From Octopus sinensis (taxonomy: Eukaryota): a DNA stretch of 64,000 nt. The stretch is taken from the NCBI RefSeq assembly GCF_006345805.1, contig NC_043008.1, forward strand, positions 72,974,001 through 73,038,000. The letters are read 5' to 3'. The translations under genes and the position numbers were made by a program. The notes under the pieces are model-generated. The model was not told where the DNA came from. It saw only the letters and a list, made by a program, of their open reading frames with translations, and did not search any database. Positions 25,754 through 37,332 of this stretch are shown here, one piece after another (positions within the stretch are counted from its first letter, which is position 1; each line of letters opens with the position of its first letter).

Positions 25754-27972
25754 TCATCATCATCATCATCATCATCGTTTAGCGTCCGTTTTCCATGCTA
25801 GCATGGGTTGGACGGGTCAACTGGGGTCTGTGAAGCTGGAAGGCTTCGTCAGGCCCAGTCAGATCTGGCAGTGTTTCTACGGCTGGATGCCCTTCCTAAC
25901 GCCAACCACTCCGCGAGTGTAGTGGGTGTTTTTTACGTGCCACCTGCACAGGTGCCAGACAGAGCTGGCGAACGGCCACGAACGGATGGTGCTTTTACGT
26001 GTCACCTGCACGGGGCCAGGCGATGCTGGCAACGGACACGAACGGATGGTGCTTTTACGTGCCACCGACACAGGGCCAGACAGAGCTGGCAACCGGCCAC
26101 GAACGGACGGTGCTTTTACGTGTCACCGGCACGGGGGCCAGCCGAGGCTGGCAACGGACACGAACGGATGGTGCTTTTACGTACCACTGACACGGTTGCC
26201 AGACAGAGCTGGCAAACGGCCACGAGCGGACGGTGCTTTTACGTGTCACCGGCACGGGGGCCAGCCGAGGCTGGCAACGGACACGGACGGATGGTGCTTT
26301 TATGTGCCACCGACACGGGGCCAGACAAAGCTGGCAAACGGCCATGAACGGATGGTGCTTTTACGTGCCACCGACACGGGGCCAGACAGAGCTGGCCAAC
26401 GGCCACGAACGGATGGTGCTTTTACGTGTCACCGGCACGGGGCCAGGCGATGCTGGCAACGGACACGAACGGATGGTGCTTTTACGTGCCACCGACACGG
26501 GGCCAGACAGAGCTGGCAACCGGCCACGAGCGGACGGTGCTTTTACATGTCACCGGCACGGGGGCCAGCCGAGGCTGGCAACGGATGCGGACGGATGGTG
26601 CTTTTACGTGCCACCGACACGGGGCCAAGCAGAGCTGGCAAACGGCCATGAGCGAATGGTGCTGTTACGTGTCACCGGCACGGGTGCCAGACGAGGCTGA
26701 CAGCGGACACGAACAGATGGGTCACTTAACCCCTGCTTTCTGATATATGATTTGATTTTTATTGTTCTCACTGGTCTTGCCGGGTCTTCTCACGCACAGC
26801 ATACTTCCATAGGTCTCGGTCTCTGGTCATTTCCTTGGTGAGACCTAGAGTTCGAAGGTCGTGCTTCACCACCTCGACCCAGGTTTTCCTGGGTCTACCT
26901 CTTCCACAGGTCCCCTCAACTGCCAGGGTGTGGCACTTTTTCACACACCTATCTTCATCCATTCTCACCACATGACCATACCAGCGCAATCGTCTCTCTT
27001 GCACACAACATCTGATTCCGCTTAGGTCCAACTTTTCTCTCAAGGTACTTACACTCTGTCGACTATGAACACTGACATTACACATCCAACGGAGCATACT
27101 AGCTTCATTTCTCGCGAGCTTACGCATGTCCTCAGCAGTCACGGCCCATGTTTCACTGCCATGTAGCATGGCTGTTCGTACACATGCATCATACAGTCTG
27201 CCTTTTACTCTGAGCGAGAGGCCTTTAGTCACCAACAGAGGTAAGAGCTCCCTAAACTTTGCCCAGGCTATTCTTACTCTAGCCGTTACACTTTCAGCAC
27301 ACCCACCCCCACTACTGACTTGGTCACCAAGATAACGGAAGCTATCAACCACTTCTAGTTTTTCCCCCTGGAAAGTGACGGAAGTTGTTTTCTGCAGATT
27401 TTCAGAGGTTAATGCTCCCGAGCATCTGCCACATACAAAAACCATCTTCCTAGTTAGCCTTCGTATGACATTGCTGCACCTCTTATGTGTCCATAGGTTG
27501 CACTTGGTGCATCTTATAGAGTTTCTACCTACACCTTTTCTACAGATCGAGCAGGGCCATCTACCTGAAGGCGTTTGTGATTTGTCTACCTTCCTACTTA
27601 TTACGACTTTGGTTTTAGCTAGGTTGACTCTAAGGCCCTTCGATTCTAAACCATGCTTCCACACCTGAAACTTCTTCTCCAGTTCTGATAATGACTCAGC
27701 AATTAGAGCAAGGTCATCAGCATAGAGGAGCTCCCAGGGGCATCCTGTCTTGAATTCCTCCGTTATTGCCTGGAGGACTATGATAAATAGGAGGGGGCTG
27801 AGGACTGAGCCTTGGTGGACCCCTACCTCTACCCGGAATTCTTCACTGTACTCATTTCCAACCTTCACCTTACTAGCAGCGTCCCTGTACATGGCTTGCA
27901 CAGCTCTCACCAACCATTCTTCTATTCCTAGTTTCCTCATTGACCACCATATGAGGGATCGGGGGACTCGAA
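25754..27972 (-). mobile_element. RTE-clade LINE retrotransposon, young 5'-truncated copy 1 (RT C-terminal half, 3' UTR tandem array, (GAT)n tail)
   Basis: Minus-strand ORF with RT motifs GVHQGSVLSPLLF and LLYADDL and an RTE-type C-terminus (RLRWYGHVVRM...GRGRPRKTW). The 3' end reads ...GGAAAACGGACGCTAAAC(GAT)n, a short-repeat tail typical of RTE. Homology stops near 27972, inside the expected AFDRVPR motif. Confidence 0.95.
25925..26718. repeat. ~60-62 bp tandem array (13 units) in the 3' UTR of RTE copy 1
   Basis: Repeated core GGTGCTTTTACGTG(C/T)CACCG(A/G)CACGGGGCCAG-N6-CTGGCAACGG; 13 units counted by eye. Confidence 0.95.
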
Positions 27973-27991
27973 AAGAAACAAAAATTCTCAT
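26768..27991 (-). CDS. RTE ORF (5'-truncated reverse transcriptase with embedded PHD-type zinc finger); open frame, but the ATG is fortuitous
   Basis: 407-aa stop-free frame; YADD at 27713-27724; C-x2-C-x10-C-x2-C-x4-H-x2-C-x14-C-x2-C at 27422-27553; TGA at 26768-26770. The endonuclease and RT N-terminus are missing, so this copy cannot be autonomous. Confidence 0.85.
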   Translation of the reverse strand: MRIFVSFRVPRSLIWWSMRKLGIEEWLVRAVQAMYRDAASKVKVGNEYSEEFRVEVGVHQGSVLSPLLFIIVLQAITEEFKTGCPWELLYADDLALIAESLSELEKKFQVWKHGLESKGLRVNLAKTKVVISRKVDKSQTPSGRWPCSICRKGVGRNSIRCTKCNLWTHKRCSNVIRRLTRKMVFVCGRCSGALTSENLQKTTSVTFQGEKLEVVDSFRYLGDQVSSGGGCAESVTARVRIAWAKFRELLPLLVTKGLSLRVKGRLYDACVRTAMLHGSETWAVTAEDMRKLARNEASMLRWMCNVSVHSRQSVSTLREKLDLSGIRCCVQERRLRWYGHVVRMDEDRCVKKCHTLAVEGTCGRGRPRKTWVEVVKHDLRTLGLTKEMTRDRDLWKYAVREKTRQDQ

Positions 27992-28242
27992 TGAAGATTT
28001 TTGGCAAAAAGTTGCACAAATCTGTCCTGATCAAGAGCCCTATCTGTCGGGAAAGGCATGGTCTGACATGGAATATCATTTCAAACTGTCCATCCTACAC
28101 CACCATGACATATGGACATTAAATGATGAGGATGAGATATATATGTATACATGTAAATATATAAATGTATATTTGCATGTGTCTGTATGTACACACACAT
28201 ACACACACATACACATTTTGGTTACAAATTTTGGCATAAGGC

Positions 28243-28290
<48 letters not shown>

Positions 28291-29195
28291 ACAATATGAA
28301 AACAGTATGATTGATCTGGTTAAAGAAATTCAAAACATAATAGTATTATTAAATGCAATGGAATATAAAACCACCTTGTACTTACTTTACCTTCTCATCT
28401 ACTCTAACAGTTTCTCTAATGACTGACTTTTCATAACACCATCCCTTCAAATTGATTTATCCATTTGAAGGCCTTGTAAAAGGCGGAAATGTGTGATTTC
28501 AGTGAAATATTGTTATGTCAAAGTTTAGTATGAAATAAAGTTATGTATCAATGAATCTTGCATAGCCTTTTGGGAGAATCCATTAATTTGTATGTCACAT
28601 ATTCCATTGTTCTCAGTCAAGTTCGATATGTAGATAAGGGTGTAAACCTTTATACAAAGCAGATCTCTCTGCTATGTCAGTGCCAGAGATTTATGTCAGC
28701 AGAAAATGAAGCTAATAACATTGAAATGCTCATCATTCACATGGAAAGGGAGAAGTTTAATGTAAATTATAGAAATGAAGAATTTCTTAATATTACCAGA
28801 TGTCTTCAGCTATCTTTATAATTCACAGAGGTTCCACAGTTTAAGTATCTCAGCTAACAGTTGCATGGTAATGTAGCTAAATATTAAATATTATTGTTGA
28901 GTGCATATATATATATATATTTATAGTGCTTGACCGAGCAAAAGATATATATATATATATATGTATGTATTACAAATTCAAGCTTGGACCTCTTTCCTTA
29001 ACCCCTTATAGTTATCGGATGGCTATGTGGATAAGGTAATAATCTACGTTACTTGCTCACTGTCAATTGTTCAAACGTGCTGCTGGCATTATATTACATT
29101 TCTTGGCAGTATATTTTGCACTCTATCTGTAAAACCTCAGTTCACCTAGCTGTTGAAAATACATCCCATATCAGTAGGGGACATTACCTGCAATA

Positions 29196-29636
29196 TACGA
29201 GGGCAGTATCATTAGCACATGGAGCAAAATGCCTAGCAGCATTTTGTCTGTCTTTACATTATGAGTTCGAATTCCACGAAGGTGAACTTTGCTTTTCATC
29301 CTTTCGAGGTCAATAAAATAAGTACCAGTTGAATATTGGAGCCCATGTAACTGACTTAACCCTTCCTCTTAAATTGCAGGCTTTGTGCCAAAATTTGAAA
29401 CCAATATTACCTGCAAAATAAGGCTGCAAGCTGGTGGAATCATTAGCACATTGGGCAAAATGCTTAGCAGTATTTAGTTCATCTTCACACTCTGGGTTCA
29501 AATTCTGCCAAGGTTAACTTTGCCTTTCATCCTTTCAAGGTAGATAAAATAAGTACCAGTTCAATACTGAGGTCAATCTAATTGATTTACTCCTTCCCCT
29601 TAAATTGCTGGCCATGTGTCAAAATTTTTAATTAAT
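29196..29636 (+). mobile_element. Two tandem SINE family B copies (29196-29405, 29421-29636)
   Basis: Each has CATTAGCAC..GG.CAAAATGC.TAGCAG, GTTC.AATTC, AATAAGTACCAGTT; separated and flanked by ATTACCTGCAA(A)TA. Confidence 0.85.
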
Positions 29637-30167
29637 ATTACCTGCAATAGACTGTATCATCTCCAGGTAAGTATTTATCTTATCTTATAAACATCATGAA
29701 ACCATAAGCATCCACTAGCTTTTAGAATTATTCGGGTAATAGGAAGTATTTATATTCATGCATTAACTTTTTATCCTCCAAGCTAGTGAAATACTGTTGC
29801 AATGGAGACAATTTTAATAGTTTCAATCATCTATAGTAGACATTTTTCATCCAGTCCTCTCAGTAACTACATGTCAATATCAAGCATACAAGATATCTTA
29901 AATGTAGTCACAAAATCTGCTAGAAACAACAGCTATATCTTGCATAAATTATATCATACCATTATCTGGAAAATTACACATTAAATAATGTAATCCTTGG
30001 GGAAAGAAATGGTAGATTATGGATAGTATACCTTTGATTTATTAGTCTGCTAGCTAGACACATGTTGAGCTAGAGCTAAATACTAACTCCTCTGATTTAC
30101 ATAATCATACAGAAGTTATATTTTTTTATGATTTTCAATTGAATTTCAACACGATCTTATAAAAACA

Positions 30168-30890
30168 TCAGGCATAGCTGTGTAATAAGAAGCTTGCTTC
30201 TCAACCAAATGGTTCTAGGTTTAGTTCCACAGTATGGCACCTTGGGTATGTGTCTTCTGCTATAGCCCCGTCTGACCAAAGTTTTGTGAGTTGTTTTGGA
30301 AGAGAGAAACTAAAAGAAGCCCATCCTGTGTGTGTGTGTTTGTTCCCTACTATCACCGGACACTTTGTTGTTCAGCAAAAGAGACTGATAGAATGGATAC
30401 CAGGCCTTAAAATGAACGTACTGGGATCAATTCATTTGAGTAAAGAATTATTTAAGGTGGTACCCCAACATGGCTGCAGTCTAATGATTGAAACAATTAA
30501 AAGGTAAAAGATGCCACCTGTAGGCATGGCTGTGTGGTAAGAAGTTTGCTTCTCAAGTACATGGGTTCTGGATTCAGTCTCATTGTGTGACACCTTGAGT
30601 AAATATCTACTATAGCCCCAGGCCAATCAAAGCCTAACTGATTTGGTCAATGGAAACTGAAAGAAACCCATTGTGTGTGTGTGTGTGTGTTTATATTTGT
30701 CCCATACCACTGCTTGACAACCGTTCATTAATTTAAATCCTTGTAACTTAGTGGTTCAGCAAAAGAGATTGTCAGAATAAGTACCAGGCTTTAAACAAAC
30801 ACAAGTACTGGGGGTCAATTCAGTCAACATTCAAAGCAATGTCCCAGCAAGACCGTAGTCCAATGACTGAAACAAGTAAAAGATAAAAGA
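30168..30890 (+). mobile_element. Two tandem SINE family A copies (30168-30510, 30522-30890)
   Basis: Two heads (GGCAT(A/G)GCTGTGT) and two tails (GATTGAAACAATTAAAAG, GACTGAAACAAGTAAAAG). Confidence 0.8.
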
Positions 30891-31063
30891 TATCTTGCAC
30901 TGAAATTACCAACAGACTAATTTTCCACTACAGCAACATCAATATATCTATTAGGAGTATTACAACCTCACACACAAACACTCATGGTGAGTCTGAGAAG
31001 GATATTATGACCCAGCAAATTTATGACAACACTCACACAAACCTGTCTAATGCTGATATTACA

Positions 31064-31377
31064 ACCACACCCACATCAACATGTAAAACATTGATAACAT
31101 ATTATAACCACTCCCACATAGTCTCATCAACTATCAACCTATCTATCCCTGACATTGTGACCACAACCACATCAACATACAAAACACTGATATCATATTA
31201 CAACCACTCCCACATACAGTCTCATCGACTATCAACCTATCTAGCCCTGACATTGTGACCACAACCACATCAACATATAAAACACTGATATCATATTACG
31301 ACCACTCCCACATACAGTCTCATCGACTATCAACCTATCTAGCCCTGACATTGTGACCACAACCACATCAACATATC
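31064..31377. repeat. 98-bp minisatellite, ~3.2 copies
   Basis: GACATTGTGA recurs at 31151, 31249 and 31347; copies 2 and 3 are nearly identical. Confidence 0.95.
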
Positions 31378-32649
31378 TGACATGAATATTACAGACATAC
31401 ATACATCAAATAACCACACCCACATACAATATTAGCATACTTAACTCTGATATTACATCCACACACCTAGCAGGAAAGCTTCTATGTTATACATTGTTGA
31501 AAAATGTTTAGTAACAAAACTGTTAATGACCTATGAATGTCTTTTGCTAAAAGACCATTGGATTTCTCACAAGAGGTTGGTCTAGAATTATTAATGATGA
31601 TTGGAATGGATATAACGATGTCACTGTAGGTGCCGGTGAGATCTATGTTCAGTGTGGATATCTTTGTGTGAATATCATCATCAACATCATCATCATTGTC
31701 ACCATCATCATCCTGTTAATGTTAACTTTTCCATGCTGGCATGAATCAAATGGAATTTGTTGAGGCAGAGTTTCCCTGGATGGACCCTCTTCCTGTCACT
31801 AACCCTCACATGTTTTCAGATAAGGCAGACTTGTCGTCAAACTTACGTACCTTGGGGTGTTTCAGAAATTCTGGGCAGGTTGTATTGCAGGGAGATATAT
31901 GCAAATTATATTTTCGAAATCTGAGGTTTCCATTGAACAGTTAGGGGACAGGCATGAGGTGAGGTAATGTTTACCAATGATATGTTTTTTTACTGAAGAT
32001 TGGAAAAGAACAACATTCCATCTATGATGGTGATGCTTGTTTAGCATTAAATAATGCTAAGATATGTACACACATATACACACATAAACACACTTTTGGC
32101 TTCTTTCAGTTTCCATCTATCAAGACCATTCATAATACTTTAGTTGGCTCTGGGCAATAGTAAACAACACTTTTCTAAAGTGCTACACTGTGGGACTGGA
32201 CCCATGGCTTGAAAGCAAACCCCATAGCCACACAGCCATGCCTGTGTCTGCTTTCGTTCCTGTGCAAGAATTATGGACGGTCATGGAATTCCAAGGATTA
32301 CTCATTCTGATGAAAGATTATTGGGTAAAATGTTAAACATGAGAGGTGTTAACTAAAAGGGGAGAATGACAAGGAAAGGAAAATGTATTGAGTGAAGCTA
32401 AGTGTAGGAGGTTTATAAAAAGCTAGCTCAAGTTTAGTTATAGCAGAAGACACACAGAGAAGAAACAGCATTTCTGTGAGCATGTTATTGCAACGTAATC
32501 TTTCAGTTTGGAAAACAAAAATCAGAACATTAGGAGTATGTAGCTAAATATTAAATACAAATCTACATTGCAGAAGTGAATTGAAAATGCATTTGTATAT
32601 AAATTGAGAAAGTTGAATCTGAGAAGCAGCAGAATTTATAATTGTGCTT

Positions 32650-33270
32650 GTTAGCATATGTGATAGCCCATTTGCATAATAACATGTGTAATAGCCTGAA
32701 TATAATTTGCCTTTTTAGCTTGTATGATAAAACTAAAATGTCATTGGTAACATATATGAAAGCTTATAGCTGTTCTGGTTAACATGCATAATAGTCTATA
32801 ACTGTCCTTGCTAACATGTAGAATAGCCTATAACTGTCCTTGCTAATATGTAGAATAGCCTATAACTGTCCTTGCTAACATGTAAAATAGCCTACAAATG
32901 TCATCACTAACATGTAAAATAGCTTTTAAATGTCATTACTAACATATAGAAAGTTTATGACTGTCATTGCTAACATGTATAAATGTTGTTACTGACGTGC
33001 ATCTTAGCCTGTATCATTGATAACATGTACAATTGCCAATTATTATCATTGCTAACATGTAAAATAGCCTATAAAGGCCATTACTAACCTGAATGCAAAC
33101 CTCTAATGGTCATTGCGAAAACACATTATGACCTATAGCTGTCATTGTTATCATGTCCTATAACTGTCATTGCTAACATATATAACAACACACAACTGTC
33201 GTTGCTAACATGCTTGACAGTATTTAAACTCGTTATTATCATGTATAAAAGGTTCTGAGTGATCTTGCTA
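32650..33270. repeat. Degenerate 32-bp minisatellite
   Basis: AACATGTAGAATAGCCTATAACTGTCCTTGCT at 32781, 32813, 32845 and 32877, decaying on both sides. Confidence 0.9.
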
Positions 33271-33639
33271 ACTTTATTGATTTCTTAGTGTAGTTGTCAA
33301 TTAACCATAAACTAGTATGGCAGAGACTGGACTTTGTTGTGTGCAAAAATTGAGCAAATTTCCTATCATTCTCATCCCAACCCTACATTAATTGCCTTTA
33401 GACCTTTTATCAATAAACCTTTCTTGGTCAGAAAGAGAAGGAACAGTGAAAATGAAGTATCAACTGTCACCCAAAGCCAATGTTTGGGAAGGGTTTGGCC
33501 AATCTTTACCAATACAAAACAGGGGTTGGTCAACCTCTACCAATCTATACTGATTTTACACATATTGTTTTTACTTTGGTTGTCGGTCTTTTTGTTCTTA
33601 AAACCAAAAATCATTTTTGCTTATTTTTTGCAGAATAAT

Positions 33640-33890
33640 TGACTATGGAAAATTTTGAACCTCTCAGTTTGTGGAAGAAGCATGTTCTTTTGACATCTTT
33701 GTGTGGAGCACAGTGGAATAAGAGACCAACAAATCCAGCTGCAGCCTGAAGGACAAGCTGAGGGTCAGGATTACCAGGGTCTTCAGGGACCTAAAACAGG
33801 AGATAATAACGAAGGCTAGTGGTCAGTTCTGATTTACCTGGAGGTTGTCATCAAGGTCAAAGGCAGATTCATCAAGTGAGATCAACAGAA
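33640..33890 (+). pseudogene. Tc1/mariner-superfamily transposase C-terminal remnant
   Basis: FDIFVWSTVE*ETNKSSCSLKDKLRVRITRVF resembles the LDYFVW..VER.TNK...L.A.I terminus of Tc1/maT-like transposases. Confidence 0.5.
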
Positions 33891-36611
33891 CATGTTATGA
33901 AGACAACCTGGTCCAAATTTGATGAATATATCTCAAAAAATAAAACCACCATTTTATTCTTTCCTGAGATAGTCTTAATGCAAACAAATACCACCCACTC
34001 CCTATACATGTTAGTAAGTATTTGACCAATTCCAGAGTGTTGCAATGCAAAATTGTCTCTGGTAGAATTTGAACTTTGGAATACAAAGAAGGGGTGACTA
34101 ATTTTTAAAACAAACACACACATACACATGCATGTGTTGGTAGAATATTTTTCATTTCCATCAGTATTTTTGTAGTCCCCATCAGGTCAAGATAAATATC
34201 AAAAAACCACAAATTGGACAGCAAGCTGACAAAATAATAGATGGGAAGAAATGGTTACATTTTACATTCAGCATAAACAAGAATATACGGCATTTCCTTA
34301 GTTGCTGCTTTGATAAATTAATTAATATTCTAATAATAGATCATTGGGCATTCAATACTTTTGTAAATAACAAACAGCTTGAATAAACCATTGAAATGCT
34401 CGTGTTGCAGTCACTCCACATAACAACATAACTTAATGTTCTTTCTTCAAATAAACATTGGTTATGTTTGTGCCCTTACAGAATTTATGAAAGATTTATA
34501 TCGTAACTCCAACCATTATCACTAAATCCTAACTCTCTCTTGTCTCTATTTTTCATGCTGCACACAAACTGCATATGACGTGCTAAAGTAACAAATTTTG
34601 ATTTTCTTCCCAAACAGAATGGTCATTGGCTTTTATTTTCTCTTTTAGAGAAAACATTCAATATCATCATAATTCTTCATTATTTTACACCAGTTTTTCA
34701 AATCTTGCATGCACATATGTACATATATACAAATGTACATACATACACATACATTTGTAATTGCACACACACACAACCACACATACATACATAGATGTGA
34801 AAATATCCTGTTGTTGTTGAAATTCTGATGAAGAAGCTTTAGATCTAGGTGAGACCAACTTTTTCTCTATTGGCAAGAAATCTTGAAATAAAGCTGAATA
34901 ATGACATACATACATACATGCATACACATACACATACACACATACATACATTCATACATACATACTTTCATATAATGTACACGCATGGCTGTGATGTTAA
35001 GATACTTTCTGTCCAAGCATGTGGTTTTAGGTTCAGTCCCATTGCACACCACTTTAGGGAAGTGTCTTCTACTATAGCCCTGGGCTGACCACAGACTTGG
35101 GAGTGGGTTTGGTAGATGGAAACTGAAAGATGTCCATTGTGTGTGTGTGTGTGTGTGTGTAGATAAACAGACAGACAGACAGATTAATTATGCATGTATA
35201 TGTGTATGTATATGTAACTATATATATATATGTTTCTGCTTATTCTTGTCTTGACATGACAATATTTGTAAATGAATATCTCCATCATCATACAAGCTAT
35301 GTTGTTTGTTTCCAGTCTTCCACGGGAAAAACACATCTGACAAGAAGAAACAATATCTTTCTAGGAAACAGATGAGGGTTGGTAACAGAAAAGGCATCTC
35401 ATCCAAGAAAATCTACCTCAATGAATTCCTTCTGACCCATGCAAGTATGGAAATCAATGATGAGGAAGTTAAAAACAAATGAATAAATAACTAAACATGT
35501 ATGCATGTTTGTATGTATATATCATAATTATCCTTAACATCATCATCATCATTTAAAGTATGTTCTCCATGCTGGCTTATCGGCATTTCATCTGCTGCTA
35601 CGTTCTGAGTTCAAATTCTGCCGAGGTTGACTTTGCCTTTCATCCTTTTCAGGGTCGATTAAATAAGTACCAGTTACTGGGGTCAATATAATCGACTTAA
35701 TCTATTTGTCTGTCCGTGTTTGTTCTCTCTGTGTTTAGCCCCTTGTGGGTAGTAAAGAAATAGGTTTAAACTGAGCTGGGAAGCAGGAGGGTTACACAAG
35801 ATTCCGGTCTGATTTGGCATGGTTTCTGTAGTTGTATGCCCTTTCTAATGCCAGCCACTTTACAGAGTGTGCTGGGTGCTTTTTACGTAGCGCCAGCATG
35901 AGGGCTTTTACATGGTACCAGCACAGGTGCTGTTATGTAACACTTGCACAGGGCTCTTCAGCAGAGTGAGCAGCATTAACACTTCCGCTGTAGAGAATTG
36001 GTCTTCTTCAGGATGTTAAAGCACCAGATATCTCGGTTGTTTGTACAAAGGAATGAATGAATGAATGAATGAATGAATGAATGAATGAATGAATGAATGA
36101 ATGAATGTGTGAGTGAATGAAGGCAACACAGATCATTTAGCTACCATTTCTCTTTCGGAAAATTGAAGCAGCATAACTGCATAAGGAATTAGCATTTATG
36201 TCTTAGACACAATCTCGACTGTGGTTTGATAATTTTATATCTTCCAACGCAACAGTGAAAATATGAAACAGTAAATTACAGAAAAGTAATAATATCATAT
36301 TCCTTTATTGAAAACATTCGGCGATTTTTCATTAATTTCTCTGCAAATCAAATTAAATGTATTTGCTGGTCAAAACAAGGGAAATAAGAGTTGTCTAGCT
36401 AAATAAAATTCCTGCTAATAAGAGGGAGAAAGTTCATTGGTTCCATATTCGAAACATTTGATGTGAAATTGTGATATGGAACTGCAAGCAATAGCTGACA
36501 GACAAAGCCTTTCTGCTGCACCATTTCCTTAGTTTTTATTAAGTCTCTGTCTCTCAGTTTTGAGATTAATTGTAGCCTCATGAGTCAAATCATTCATTGT
36601 GCTTACCTTTT

Positions 36612-36960
36612 AACTTTTACATGTTTCAATCATTAAAATGCTGCTATGATGAGGCACCACCTTGAAAGTTTTTTAGTCAATTGCATTAATCTCAGTACTT
36701 GATTTATTTAAAGCCTGGTAATTATTCTATCAATCTTTTGTGTTGAACTGCTAAGTTACAATGACTTAAACACAACAACACCAGTTGTCAAGTGGTGGTG
36801 AGAGACAAACACAGACACAAAGAGAGACACACACACACATAGACATATATATATGTATAAATATATTTTTATACACACATATACAACGGGCTTCTTTCTG
36901 TTTCCGTCTACCAAATCTAATCACAAGGCTTTAGTCAACCTGTGGCCATAGTAGAAGATG
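36612..36960 (-). mobile_element. SINE family A
   Basis: Reverse complement of the family A body and tail. Confidence 0.75.
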
Positions 36961-37332
36961 TTTACTAATCTCTTCACCATTTAAAATAATGAAGGATGAT
37001 TTGAAAGAAATTTTGCAGCTATTTCCTCTGAACTGAGCAGCTGCAGAAAAGCCTTCATTGATGAAGACCTTATTGGTTCCCAAAATGGGGTATTGAGGGA
37101 GGTGGTTTTCTGCCTGGTGATGAGAGATTAGAGTTTAGATAACTGTGTTTGTAAAGCAGCAGTTATCAACTGGGGTCCATATAAGGTTTTTGTTGTAAAA
37201 ATGTATCTGCATTAAATTGGTTACATGTCTACAATACAGACATTTTAATCTTCTTTATACAATTCCTAATAATAATATGTAACTCCAAATATACATACAT
37301 ACATACATACATATATATACATATTACATCAA

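Noticed and set aside
25925-26718. CRISPR-like appearance (constant repeat plus variable segment next to an RT)
   Set aside because: The variable parts are only 6 nt and recur (A, B, C), so there are no unique spacers; there are no cas genes; the context is a eukaryotic LINE 3' UTR.
27973-27991. ATG at 27991 as the start of an intact RT gene
   Set aside because: LINE homology ends near 27972 inside the AFDRVPR motif; the first residues come from unrelated flank, and the endonuclease and RT N-terminus are absent.
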